A DNA stretch of 63,996 nucleotides, filler included, from Chiloscyllium plagiosum (Eukaryota), in NCBI RefSeq assembly GCF_004010195.1. It is 5 parts of one record of this genome, joined end to end, with 100 filler letters (N's around TTAATTAATTAA, not from the genome) between each part and the next. Parts side by side here need not be neighbours in the genome. Positions count along the whole stretch, not along the records: positions 51,079 to 61,333 come from NC_057716.1; positions 61,434 to 63,996 come from NC_057716.1; 3 more parts are not named here. One strand, given 5' to 3'. The notes under the pieces were generated by a model, which worked only from the letters and a program-made list of their open reading frames with translations, made no database searches and was not told the origin of the DNA. Shown piece after piece: positions 52,367 through 63,996 of this stretch; position 1 is the stretch's first letter; each line of letters opens with the position of its first letter. A program made the position numbers and the translations under genes.

Positions 52367-53505
52367 CACAAATTCTCTAAAAGGAATATGAATTTTAATT
52401 TTGGATAACGCTAACTGGGAATTTCACAAGAATAAATGGTCTGAGTTTGGGTGTTGCAAAGTGTTAAAATAAAGAGAATTCAACAATGATAGGTTTGTGA
52501 AAGCAGCTAAACAAATTGAAGGCAATTGACATTGACCTAAAATACTGAGGACCTTTCTTGAGGAAAATAATAAATAAAGCTGTGAAAGCTATCACTTAAT
52601 TCCCACACCTGTTCAGGAAAAAGATTTTTTTTAACAAAGGAAGAGTTTGAAAGAGAAGCTTGCTCACTGTTGTTCTAGAAACATTTGTTTGATAAGAATA
52701 TAAAGAGGTGGTAGAGGAGATGAGCACAATGTTGCCATTTAAGAAACATTTGGACAGGTACATGGATGGGTTAGGTATGGCAGGATAGGAACCAAATGCA
52801 GGCAAATGGGACTAGATTCATTGTGAAAGCTAGGCAACATGGACAAGTTAGTCCAAGTGACCTATTTCCATGCTGTAAATCTCTATGACTATATAATATG
52901 TAAAAAGACATAAACTCTTCAATTGGAAAATGATTCATTCTGCTTTTTTGAAGAAACAGATAGCAAAAGGTTAACTCTACCTGTCAACAGGCTCAGAATT
53001 TGAGCCATTGGTTTGACCCATTCTACCACAAACATAAATGACCTTTTATTATTTTTGAAAAAGATTCCCAGCAACTCTGAGGAATACATGAGATTGTGAT
53101 TTTGGAGAGGATTTGTAGCTTAGATTGTGGATCAAGTTGTAAGTTTGCTCACTGAGCTGAAAGATTTGTTCTCAGATGTTTCGTCACCACACTAAGTAAC
53201 ATCATTAGTGAGCCTCCGGTGAAGCACTGGTGTTCTGTCCCACTTGCTGTTTATCTGTCTTGGCCTGTTGTGGTGGGTGATATCACTTCCAGGAATTCCT
53301 GTGTGTGTCTTTGTTTAGCCTGTCCCAGGATGGATATATTATCCCAGCCAAACTGGTGTCCATCTTCGTCTGTGTGTATGGATACTAGTGATAGTGGTCA
53401 TGTCTTTTAGTAGCTAGTTGGTGCTCATGTATCCTGGTGGCAAGTTTCCTGCCTGTCTGTACAATGTAATATTTGTTGCAGTCCTTGCAGGGCATTTTGT
53501 ATATG

Positions 53506-53714
53506 GCTCGGAGAAAGCGAGGACTGCAGATGCTGGAGATCAGAGCTGAAAATGTGTTCCTGGAAAAGCGCAGCAGGTCAGGCAGCATCCAAGGAACAAG
53601 AGAATTGATGTTTCGGGCATTATTCCTGAAGAAGGGCTCATGCCCGAAATGTCGATTCCCCTGCTCCTTAGATGCTGCCTGAACTTGTGGGCTTTTCCAG
53701 CAACATATTTTCAG
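53506..53714. mobile_element. Fold-back family-1 mini-element nested in a Penelope GIY-YIG region
   Basis: Inverted arms around about 53620; 12-bp TSD attttgtatatg (53494-53505 / 53715-53726). Confidence 0.85.
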
Positions 53715-54077
53715 ATTTTGTATATGTCATTCATTTTGCTGGTTGTTGGTATGGGGTCCTTTAAAGTTATCAGCAGCTGTTTCAGTGTGGTGGTAGGTTT
53801 AGGCAGATCTAAACAAGAAAACACAACATGCCTAGAAACTCTAGCCACACTACCATACATTAAAGACAACTGGGAGGTGATGACCAGACTATTCTGTCCC
53901 ATGGCATCATGGTAGCCCACAAACTTACCACCACACTGAAACAGCTCCTGATGAATTTAAAGGATCCCATACCAACAACCTGCAGAATGAATATCATGTA
54001 CAAAATGCCCTGCAAGGTCTGCAACAAACATTACATTGACAGAAGGGCAGGAAACTAGCCAACAGGATACATGAGCA

Positions 54078-54366
54078 CATACAGTGTAGAAACAGGACCT
54101 TCGGCCCAACAAGTCCACACTGACCTGCTGAAGCACAACCCACCCAGACCCATTCCCCTACATTTACCCCTTCACCTAACTCTACAGGCAATTTAGCGTG
54201 GCCAATTCACCTAACCTGCACATTTTTGAACTGTGGGATAAAACCAGAGCACCCGGAGGAAGACACGGGGAGAATGGGCAAACTCCACACAGTCAGTCGC
54301 CTGAGGCGGGAATTGAACCAGGGTCTCTGGCGCTGTGAGGCAGCAGTGCTAGCCACCGTACCACCC
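54078..54366 (-). mobile_element. HE1-type V-SINE nested in Penelope
   Basis: HE1 head, body and tail on the minus strand. Confidence 0.88.
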
Positions 54367-54771
54367 AAATTATGACTAACTATTACTAGTATCCTTACGC
54401 ACAGACAAAGAGACACCATTTCGACTGGGACAATACATCTATCCTGGCACAAGCTAAACAAAGACAGGCACAGGAATTCCTAGAGGCCTGCCATTCAAAC
54501 CAGAACTCCATTAACAAATACATCAATTTGGACCTCATTTACCAACCTCTCAAACACAGAACCAGAAGTGATATCACTGACCACCACAGACCAAGACAGA
54601 TAAATAGCAAACGGAATAGAATGCCAGTGCTTCCCCGGAGGCTCACTGATGATGTTACCTAGCACGGTGAAGATACATCTGAGAACAAATCTACCAGCTC
54701 AGCGAGCAAACTTACAATCAAAGTACATGTGATATTTAACCAAATAAAACTTGTTTGGCTTTGAAGAAATT

Positions 54772-54933
54772 CAAAGTTTGTGAGAAGATTTGTAGCTCGG
54801 GTGCTCGTTGTTGTGGTTCTGTTCGCCGAGCTGGGAATTTGTGTTGCAGACATTTCGTCCCCTGTCTAGGTGACATTCTCAGTGCTTGGGAGCCTCCTGT
54901 GAGGCGCTTCTGTGATGTTTCCTCCAGCATTTA
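54772..54933 (-). mobile_element. Penelope pLTR fragment (family 3)
   Basis: Reverse complement matches 27005-27164; TSD aagaaatt (54764-54771 / 54934-54941). Confidence 0.82.
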
Positions 54934-55219
54934 AAGAAATTGATAACATTTGAAGAAATATTATCAGAACAAGCGACAGACGCACAGCTTGATGGTTTCA
55001 GTGGATATGGAAATCTTTAAAAATAATGTTCCTTTTGAAGAAAACAAAATTGGACAGAAACAAGACCTGTCAATGCAATAACTGTTATTTGAATAATTAG
55101 GCAAGTTATGTTTGAGAAAACAAAAAAGGTAAAAAAAAACAAAAAAAAAGTGCTAATGACTGGAACCAAATGGGAATATTTGGTTTTCTGTTTGAAAATG
55201 ATTTTGCTTTTTTTTAAAA

Positions 55220-55545
55220 CATAGAATCCCTACAGTGTGGGAAGGGGCCATTCAGCCCCTATCTAACCCTCCAAAGAGCATCCCACCCAGCCCCAATCTC
55301 ACATGCTATCCCTGTAATCCCACAAATTACCATGGCTAGTTCAGCCCTTCAAAACTACAGGCAATTTAGCGTGGCCAATCCACCTAGCCTACACATCTTT
55401 GGACTGTGGATGAAAAGTAGAGCACCTGAAGGAAACCCACACAAACACAGAGAGAACATGAAGATCCACACAGTCACCAATGCTAGAATTGAACCAAGGC
55501 CCTTGAGCTGTGAGGCAGCAGTGCTAACCACTGAGCCACTGCAGC
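55220..55545 (-). mobile_element. HE1-type V-SINE (older)
   Basis: gaggcagcagtgctaaccactgagccac head on the minus strand. Confidence 0.82.
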
Positions 55546-57089
55546 ACCTCTGCATACAATGCATTTTCTCTAGATCCACATGAAATAAAATGGTAGTTAA
55601 TACGATACTACAGTAAGAATGAGAGGTAAGCCCCCTTGAATGTGGTTTAATTAAATATATGAGTTTGAAATTGATGTAAGTTTCATTGAAAGTGTGGAAC
55701 ATTTCAGCTAAGAATAAGATCAAGCAAACTTTGTAAGAATTATTCACCAGACGAGCATTGCCGTAGGGAGAGCTGGAGGACCTTTTAGGTCCCTACATAA
55801 TGTTATTTTAATGTTATTAAGTGAGATAGCCTATGATTAGAAAGCTTAGAAAATCCCACCACACTCACAGGCTATAGGGGAAAAGTGTGATGAAGAATTA
55901 GAATGAGTCAAGAGCAAAGGCCACACTGAAAGTACAAAGGGTGTTTGGAGGCTATAAGAGTGGCAGTGCCAACCAAGCCAGCAATGCCCTCATCCTGTGA
56001 ATAAACAAAAAAAGTCTTCAGAGATTGCTGCTTACATCGGGGTGATTGGTAGTAATGTGAACATCACTGGCTAGGCCAGCATTTATTGCCCAACCCTAAT
56101 TGCCCAAAGGGCAGTTCAGGATCAATGATATTGCTTGTACCTGGAGTTACATGTAGGCCAGACCAGGTAAGGATGTCAGTTTCCTGCCCTAAAGGGCATG
56201 AGTGACCCAGATGGGTTTTTTCCGACAATTGACAATGGTTTCATGGTCATCATTGAGATGGTTGATTCCAGATATTTATTGAATCCAAATTCTACCAACT
56301 GCCATAGCAGGTTTCAAAACCTGGTCCCAGATCATTACTGGATTAATAGTCTAGTGCTAATGCCTATAGGCCATTGCTGCCCCGCAATGGACAGGAGAGG
56401 TTGAGAGACAGGCAATGGAATGTCCCAAACACTTGCCTGGCCCAATGAATGATTGGTGTTAACACCCGCTGATAAAATGTTGACTCATGATTTACCACAG
56501 AAGGTACAGAGCAAATAAAGTCACCAGAAACCTACAGGGGCATTGGGCTGCTCACTCATTAGAGAGAGGAAACTGCTGGTGGTTTAGCCTGAGGGTCACC
56601 ATGTCACAGGTCAGGGAGAGGGGAGAAGGAGAGTCCTTCAAGGTAACCTCACTCGTGCAAAAATTAAACCTATACTGTTGGTGTCACTCTGCAATGGTGG
56701 ACCAAACGTTTCTGCGGAAGTGTCATTGAACCTGAAATGTTAACTCTGATTCCTCTTCATAGATGCTGACAGTCTGGCTGAGCTTTTCTAGTGATTTCTG
56801 TTTTTGTTGAGCTAACCGACACCCAACTTTGACAAAGGGTCAGTTAGACTTGAAACGTCAGCTCTTTTCTCTCCTTATAGTTGCTGCCAGACCTGCTGAG
56901 ACTTCCCAGCATTTTCTCTTTTGGTTTCAGATTCCAGCATCCGCAGTAATTTGCTTTTACCCAGTGTTGAGTAGAATGGTATGGGATCAGTAGATTGTGG
57001 TCAAAGTACGAGACATCTGTTTGAACAGGAGCTGGGACAAGTACTGGATCAAGACACTGTCCTGGTGATTGGGATTGCAAACATAATAG

Positions 57090-57225
57090 ACGAAAGTGAG
57101 GACTACAGATGTTGGAGACTAGAGTCGAGAGTGTGGTGCTGGAATAGCACTGCAGGTCAGGCAGCATCCGAGGAGCAGGAGAATCGATGTGTCAGGCAAA
57201 AGCCTTTCATTAGGAAAAGGTGGGT
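57090..57225 (-). mobile_element. Decayed family-1 pLTR
   Basis: gaaagtgaggactacagatg tail; flanking repeat aaacataat. Confidence 0.7.
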
Positions 57226-58289
57226 TGAAACATAATGATGAGTCTATAATGGATTTAAATCAAAAGCAAACAGCCACAACATTTAACATAGTTACTTTGT
57301 AAGTGAATAATTTTGATTTCACTTCTTTGAAAGGTAGAGGTGCAAAACCTAAAGGGGAAAATGAAGGATATTTTCATTAGAGAAAATATCCACTTGGACT
57401 CTATGCTGAAAGAGGACTAGATTATGACAGCCCGACACAGAGAAGTAATAGTATGGTGATATTATTAATTGATCAGCAATCCAGACGCTCAGGTAATGCT
57501 CAGGCTTGAATCACACCATGGTTGATTATGAAGATGCATTCAGTTTTATAAAAATCTGGAATTACCATGAAAGAATTGCCATCTGGTTCACTATTAGGGG
57601 AAGATAAACTACTATCTTTGCCGAGACTGACCTACATGTGACACTAAACCCACAGCAATGTGGTTCACTCTTAATTGTGTCCTAGGGCCAATCATCTTCA
57701 GCTGCTTCATCAATGCCTTTCCCTTCACCATAAAGTCAGAAGTGAAGATGTTCATGGATGATTGCATCATGTTCAGCACATTCACAACCCCTCACATACT
57801 TAATCAGTCCTTATCCAAATGTACAATATCCAGTTTTCTGTGGACAAGTGGAAAATTGCATTCATACCAAACATGTACCAGGAAATGAGGATATCCAACA
57901 AAAGAGAATGTAACCATTGCCCCTTGGCATTTAATGGCATTACTATTGCTGTGCCCCCCACTATCAACATCCTGGGTGTTGTCATTGATCAACAACTGAA
58001 CTGGACTACTATGTACATACTGTGGCTACAAGGACATATCAGAGACTAGGAAACCTTCAGTGAATAATGCACCTCTTACCTCTCCATATCCTGTGCACCA
58101 TCTGCAAGGCACAGGGACAGGATCCCACTCCCTCCTTCTGTGTTGTCACTGTCACTTCATCCTCAGTCTGAATGAGGAGCATGAGTTTGGCCAGACCTCC
58201 ACTTGTCCATCTCTGTTTGCAAATGAATATGAGAAAAAAAGCTCCTTCACTCAGCTAGGAGTTAGGGTCTGGAAAGCCCGGAGCTTTGA

Positions 58290-59412
58290 TGGAGGTCAGT
58301 TCAATTGAGGATTTTGAGAGGATGTTGGATATTGGAGGCAAGGTGCTGGCATGGATAGGAGCTTGGCTGCCTGGCAGTAGACACAGAGGGAGGATAAAAG
58401 GATGGCAGCTGGTGACAAGTGGTGTTCTACAGAGGTCAGTGCTTGGATCACAACTTTTCACTTTATACATTAACAATCTTAATGATGGAACTGAGGGCAT
58501 TCTGGCTACGTTTACTGATGATACAAAGATAGGTAGAGGGAAAGGTAGCATTGAGGTTGTGGGGAGGCTACAGAAGGATTTGGATAGTTTAGAAAAGTGG
58601 GCAAAGAAATGGCAGAAGGAGTACAATATGGCAAAGTGTGAGGTCATGCACTTTGGTAAGAAATATAGAGACATGGACTATTTTCTAAATGGGTAGAAAA
58701 TCCACAAGTCTGAAGTGCAAAGAGACTTGAAAGTTCTAGTCCAGGATTCTCTCAAGGCAAACTTGCAGGTTAAGGCAGTTGTTAGGAAGGCAAATAGAAT
58801 GATGGCATTTACTTTGAGAGGACTTGAATATAAAAGCAGGGATGTACTTCAGAGGGTCTATAAGGCTCTGGTCAGACCACATTTGGAGTATTGTGCACAG
58901 TTTTGGTCCCCATATCTCAGGAAAGATGCATTGGCGCAGGAGTGGGTTCAGAGGAGATTCATGAGAATGGTCCCAGAAATGAAAACCTTAACGTATGAGG
59001 AACATTTGTGGGCTCTGGATCTACACTCCATGGAATTTAGAAGGATGAGGGGGGGGATCTAATTGAAACATACAGAATACTGAACAGCCTGGACAGAATG
59101 GGCATTGGGAAGATGGTTCTATTGGTAGAAGAGACTAGGACACGAGGGCACAGCCTTACAGTAAAGGGAAGACCTTTTAGAACAGGGATAAGGAGAAACT
59201 TCTTCAGCCAGAGAGTGATGAATCTATAGAATTCACTAACACAGAAGGTAGGGCATTGAGCATATTTAAGACTGAGATAAATAGATTCTTGAGTATCAAG
59301 GGGTTCAAGGGTAATGGGAAGAAAGTGGGTGAATGGGGTTGAGAAACATGTTAGCCATGATTGAATGGTGAGGGAGATTCAATGAGATAAATGGCCTAAT
59401 TTTTGCTCCTTT
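58290..59412 (+). mobile_element. CR1 LINE RT and 3' end
   Basis: SGVLQRSVLG, TFTDDTK, LVRPHLEYCAQFWSP. Confidence 0.9.
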
Positions 59413-59413
59413 A

Positions 59414-59719
59414 GGGGGCGGCATGGTGGCTTAGTGGTCAGCACTGCTGCCTCACAGCACCAGGGTCTCAGGTTCGATTCCAGCATCAGGTGACTGTCTG
59501 TGTGGAGTTTGTACATTCTCCCCGTGTCTCCAAGGACCCCCGCTCTGGTTTCCTCCCACAGTCTCAAGATGTGCAAATCAGGTGAATTGGCCATGCTAAA
59601 CCGCCCATAGGTTAGGTGCGTTAGTCCGAGGAAAATGGGTCTGGGTGGTTACTCTTCGGAGGGTCGGTGTGGGCTTGTTGGGCCGAATGGCCTATTTCCA
59701 CACTGTAGGGAATTTAATT
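59414..59719 (+). mobile_element. HE1-type V-SINE
   Basis: Head to tail. Confidence 0.87.
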
Positions 59720-61027
59720 TATGTCTTATGATTATTTGGATTGAAATAATGTGCAAGGGTTTGGGGAACAGAATACCCAGTTGGATAATCAGCCAGGATC
59801 ACACTAAGCTGTGGAACTGGCTTGAAGGAGAACGAAAGCAAAATACTGCGGAAGCTGAGAACCTGAAACACAGATAGCGAATGCAGAAGAAACTCAACAG
59901 GACTGGTAACATCTGTCAAGAGAGGAACAGAGTAAATTTTCTGACTCCCATTCTGAAGAAAGATAACTGAGTTTGAAACATAAGCTCTGCTTTCCCTGCC
60001 CAGATCTGCTGAGTTTTCCCAGCAATTTCAGTTTCTGTTTCAGATCTCCAGCATCTGCCATTTCTTGTTTTATTACAACATCTCCTTTCAGGTTCAGTAT
60101 CCTAGTTTGTTTTGTTATCTTCCTGTGAAATTGCGGGAATATATGTTATTATATTAAAGGCACTATATAAATGCAAGGCACTGGTCGTGTTGGTGTGTTT
60201 GTGAAATATCTGTTATTGCTTCATGTTCTTGACAGGAAAGTATTTCGTTGTCAAACCAAATGAACTTACCCTGGTTGAAAACATTACCTAAGTAAATGAA
60301 TTGTAGCAGGTATCAGTGTTCTGTGCAGAAACTGTCTCTTTCCAGCACCAATATTAATATCAAATTGTTATGTTGGTAATAAATTAACGAGCGAATTTAG
60401 CCTTTTTTTCCCATAAAGTTCCTAATTTTCTGATACATTGGGAGATGCAGTTTCAATAAATTCTGTGTCCATTTCAGTAAACTGCACATTAAAGGAGGTG
60501 AAATTACTTTTAGTGCGTAGGAAGTACATTAAACAGCAGTTAAAAAAATTGATTGAATAAAAATTTTACTCAGTTTTTTAATATATTCACAAGGATGACT
60601 AACTGTACTGTGTTCATCTCTGAGAGCTCAAGGCTTCTCAAAGGCATGACTGAGTGGCCAATTAAAAATACAACCATTGTCCCCATCATTTGTCCTCCAG
60701 AATTCCATTGAAATATCCAGCATTTAGAAACTTCTGAATCATTGTAAGTGAGCAGATTCGGCCATTTCTTTGCCGTGACATTGTGGCTGCCATCTTTGCT
60801 GTCATAAGGGCCATCTGATATTCAAGGAATAGGGCAATATATCCAACAGCTCAGCTATTTGAGGGAGGTTTCGCCTTTCCTTTGTGTCTTGACTTTCTTT
60901 TCTCAGTTATCAAACTTGGAGAAGAGGGAACGGAGGCGGAGGTCCATAGGATTGGGTTCCCAAACACAGGAGGGACTTCCACCGAATGGGCAGCACAGGA
61001 AAAGGGTGCAGGTCCAGCTATAATACA

Positions 61028-61145
61028 GTACAGGCGAAAGTACAGTTAGCTTCCTGATGAAGGGCTTTTGCCCAAAATGTCGATTTTCCTGCTCCTCGAA
61101 TGCTGCCTGACCTGCTGTGCTTTTCCAGCACCACTCTAACCTTGA
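61028..61145 (+). mobile_element. Family-1 pLTR fragment (hammerhead core mutated)
   Basis: ctgatgaagggcttttgcccaaaatgtc; flanking repeat ctataataca. Confidence 0.75.
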
Positions 61146-61213
61146 CTATAATACAATACAATTTATGGGGTGTGACTGAGAGCAGGGGAAATATACAAAG
61201 CTACATATGATAG

Positions 61214-61333
61214 GCTGAAAATGTGTTGCTGGAAAAGCGCAGCAGGTCAGGCAGCATCCAAGGAACAGGAGAATCGACGTTTCGGGCATAAGCCCTTCTT
61301 CAGGAATGAGGAAAATGTGTCCAGCAGGCTAAG
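61214..61333 (-). mobile_element. Young family-1 pLTR arm with intact hammerhead core, running into a gap
   Basis: Core on the minus strand at 61276-61303; nearly identical to 50803-50922. Confidence 0.85.
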
Positions 61334-61433
61334 NNNNNNNNNNNNNNNNNNNNNNNNNNNNNNNNNNNNNNNNNNNNTTAATTAATTAANNNNNNNNNNN
61401 NNNNNNNNNNNNNNNNNNNNNNNNNNNNNNNNN
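61334..61433. other. Assembly gap with TTAATTAATTAA linker
   Basis: Same 100-nt pattern. Confidence 0.97.
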
Positions 61434-61672
61434 TAGGTCTCTTTTATATCTTTCCCCTCTCACCCTAAACCCATGCCCTTTAGTTCTGGACTCCCCCACC
61501 CCAGGGAAAAGACTTTGTCTATTTACCCTATCCATGCCCCTCAGAATTTTGTAAACCTCAATAAGGTCACCCCTCAGCCTCCGACGCTCCAGGGAAAACA
61601 GCCCCAGCCTGTTCAGCCTCTCCCTATAGCTCAAACCCTCCAACCTTGGCAACATCCTTGTCAATCTTTTCT
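61434..61672 (-). mobile_element. CR1 LINE fragment
   Basis: TRMLPRLEGLSYRERLNRLGLFSLERRRLRGDLIEVYK. Confidence 0.9.
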
Positions 61673-62028
61673 CCAGCCAGAGGGTGGGGGATCTGTGGGA
61701 CTCATTGCTGCAGAGAGCTGTGGAGGCCGAGTCACTGAGTGTGTTTGAGACAGAGATAGATTCTCAATTAGTAAGGTTACAGGGAGAAGGCAGGAGAACA
61801 AGGCTGGGAAACATGTCAGCCATGATCGAATGATGGAGCAGACGTGATGGGCTGAATGGCCTCATTCTGCTCCCAAATCTTATGGTTTTACAGTCAATTA
61901 CAATCTTCCCTCATTCTTCTAAACACCAGACAGGATCGGCCGAAACTGCTCAATCTCTCTTCATAAGACACACCCCTCACCTCTGGGGTTAATCAGGTTC
62001 AAGGGGCAATTGGAAATGGGCAGTAAAA

Positions 62029-62284
62029 TCATAGAATCCCGACAGTGTGCAAACAGGCCATTTGGCCCATCAAGTTCACAGCAGCCCTTTACCCAGACCC
62101 AACCAGTATAACCTTGCATTTCCCACAGCCAATCCACCCTGACCAGCACATCTTTGGACTGTGAGAGGAAACCCACGCAGACCCAGGGAGAATGTGCAAA
62201 CTCCACACACACTATCCCCTGAGGTGGGAATTGAACCCGGGTCCCTGGTACTGGGAGGGTGCAGTGCTAACCCCTGAGCCGCCC
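62029..62284 (-). mobile_element. HE1-type V-SINE variant
   Basis: HE1 head and body on the minus strand. Confidence 0.82.
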
Positions 62285-62572
62285 ATGGAGTATTGAGCAC
62301 AGCCAAAAGATTTTGTTGGAGGGATTTCCAGGCTCAGGGCCTGGTGATGAGGTTACAGTAGGGAAGACATGGAGGGTCTGGGTCTCGAGGAGATCCTGGC
62401 GATTGGGCGGGGTGAGGCTGTGACACACATTTCAAAGAATGAGTAACTCCCAGCTGAGGTGGGTCCAGACCAGGAGCCAACGATGTCTCTTGCTCCCCCC
62501 TGTACTACACCAGGCAGCTAATAACCATTGGGCTGACATTGGGAAAGTTTTCTGAAATATTTGTCTTGACAG

Positions 62573-62779
62573 GCACTGAAATGGAAAGTCCTGGTGAAGG
62601 GAAAGCGGATTGGCCAGTTGGAGGATTGCCTGGATGGGCAGGGAGCGGATCACGATACTGGCGAGGTCACCGACGAGGATGAAGCTGCTGAGGTCGACGA
62701 TGAGAACATCAAGAATGAAGTGAAGAGGAAAGGGAAGGTAAAGGCTGCATTGGACTTGCACCAACTCAAGCCCTGTTGA
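62573..62779 (+). CDS. Putative terminal coding exon of an unidentified plus-strand gene (acidic C-terminus)
   Basis: Branch-like CTGAC near 62533, acceptor ttgtcttgacag|GCA, open frame ALKWKVLVKGKRIGQLEDCLDGQGADHDTGEVTDEDEAAEVDDENIKNEVKRKGKVKAALDLHQLKPC*, retained CpGs, AATAAA at 63065 and 63087. No homolog recognised. Confidence 0.4.
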   Translation, partial: ALKWKVLVKGKRIGQLEDCLDGQGADHDTGEVTDEDEAAEVDDENIKNEVKRKGKVKAALDLHQLKPC

Positions 62780-63179
62780 CGTGAAGGCCCAGCCCTCCCC
62801 TTTACCCTGGAATGGTGGGGTGGCAGTGGCCTGTGGGGTGGGGTGGCAGTGGCCTGGGGGGTGGGGTGGGTGGAGAAATCTTCCGCTGCAGGGTCAGGGA
62901 GGACCCTGGTGGAGATTTGAAGACTCGAGCTGGTCAATGTGCTTACTGTCCAAATCAGCCCTCCCTCCACCCTGACCCCAGGCACTGCCATGTTGAGACC
63001 CCAGGGGCTCGGTCTCACCTTCTCAAGGACAATTAGGGACAAATATCACCTTCACATCCACTTGAATAAAGACTTTACAAACGTACAATAAAGATCTTAA
63101 AGACTCTAAACCAAAGCTTTGGTTCATGTTTTGCTCTGAATATCTGTTTTACCTAAATCAGATAGTGGGCTTGGGGAGT

Positions 63180-63845
63180 GAGTGTTATTCACTGCGTAAG
63201 TGTCAGGCAATGACTGTCTCCATCCACCCGTTGTTCAATAGTGTCACCATCAGTGAATCCCACTTTGAACATCCCAGGGGTTACCATTGACCTGAAACTC
63301 AACTTTTCACAGAAACACAGCAGCTACAAGAGCAGGTCAGGGGCTGGGAATACTGCAGCAAGTAACTCCCCTCCTGACTCCCAGGAGTCTGTCCACCATC
63401 TACAAGGCACAAGTCAGGAGTGTGATGGAATGCTCCCCACTTGCCCTGGATGGGGGCATCTCCAACAACACTCAAGATGCTCAACACCACCCAGGACAAA
63501 GCAGCCACTTCATTGGCACCACATCCACAATCATCCATTCCCTCCACACCGACGCTCAGTAGCAACAGTGTGTCCCATCTACAAGATGCACTGCAGAAAC
63601 TCACCAAAGATCCTCAGGCAGCACCTTCCAAACCCACATCCACTTCCATCTAGAAGGACAAGGGCAGCAGATCCATGGGAACATCACCCCCTGCAGTTCC
63701 AGGCCACTCACCATCCTGACTTGGAAATACATCGCCATTCCTTCACTGTCACTGGGTCACAATCCTGGAATTCCCTCCCTAAGGGCATTGTGGGTCAACC
63801 CACAGCACACGGTCTGCAGCGGTTCAAGAAGCAGTTCACCCCCCC
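63180..63845 (+). mobile_element. Non-LTR retrotransposon 3' fragment (CR1/L2 group, second family)
   Basis: IYKAQVRSVMECSPLAWMGA-like frame; same family as 2610-3475 and 57680-58110. Confidence 0.75.
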
Positions 63846-63870
63846 ACCTTGCTATCCATGTCGCTCCCCG

Positions 63871-63996
63871 CCCCAGTGCAGCTGCCGTGTCTCTCTGTAC
63901 CCAGTATTGCAACAGGATCACCCCCTGCCCCAGTGCAGCTGCCGTTCTCTCTGTACCCAGTGTTGCAGCAGGATCACCCCCTGCCCCAGTGCAGCT
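63871..63996. repeat. 57-bp minisatellite (runs off the window)
   Basis: Units start at 63871, 63928 and 63985 (ccccagtgcagctgccg...ggatcaccccctg). Confidence 0.9.

Larger units (their letters stand above)
53110..54720. mobile_element. Large fold-back Penelope remnant (GIY-YIG on both arms) with nested elements
   Basis: Minus arm IYKMPCKDCNKYYIVQTGRKLATRIHEHQ; plus arm YKMPCKVCNKHYI...QEFLEA; decayed hammerhead near 54647-54680. Confidence 0.85.

Noticed and set aside
60236..60295. Possible micro- or terminal exon signals on either strand
   Set aside because: Weak splice context and no recognisable peptide.

Overview
AT-rich, repeat-dense eukaryotic genomic DNA. It is most likely from a shark (elasmobranch), inferred from the many HE1-type V-SINEs and their partner CR1 LINEs. 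The only protein-coding exons I can confidently recognise are two minus-strand, phase-1/phase-1 exons (18062-18181 and 11802-12005) encoding the fibrinogen-like region of a contactin-associated protein-like gene (CNTNAP3/4/5 group), so most of the window is probably intron. The rest is decayed CR1, L2/CR1-group and Rex1/Babar LINE fragments, about 17 HE1 SINE copies or fragments, Gypsy remnants and solo LTRs, a tRNA-Lys(UUU)-like copy, minisatellites and four 100-nt artificial gaps. The most striking hidden structure is a dense population of Penelope-like element (PLE) derivatives carrying minimal hammerhead-ribozyme cores (CUGAnGA-stem II-GAAA-[C/G][G/C]UH) in at least four sequence families. 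Many are inserted as short fold-back palindromes with a ribozyme core on each strand, long target-site duplications and a constant one-sided tail of about 34-35 nt. A candidate unidentified plus-strand terminal exon lies at 62573-62779. All family names come from recalled motifs, not database searches.
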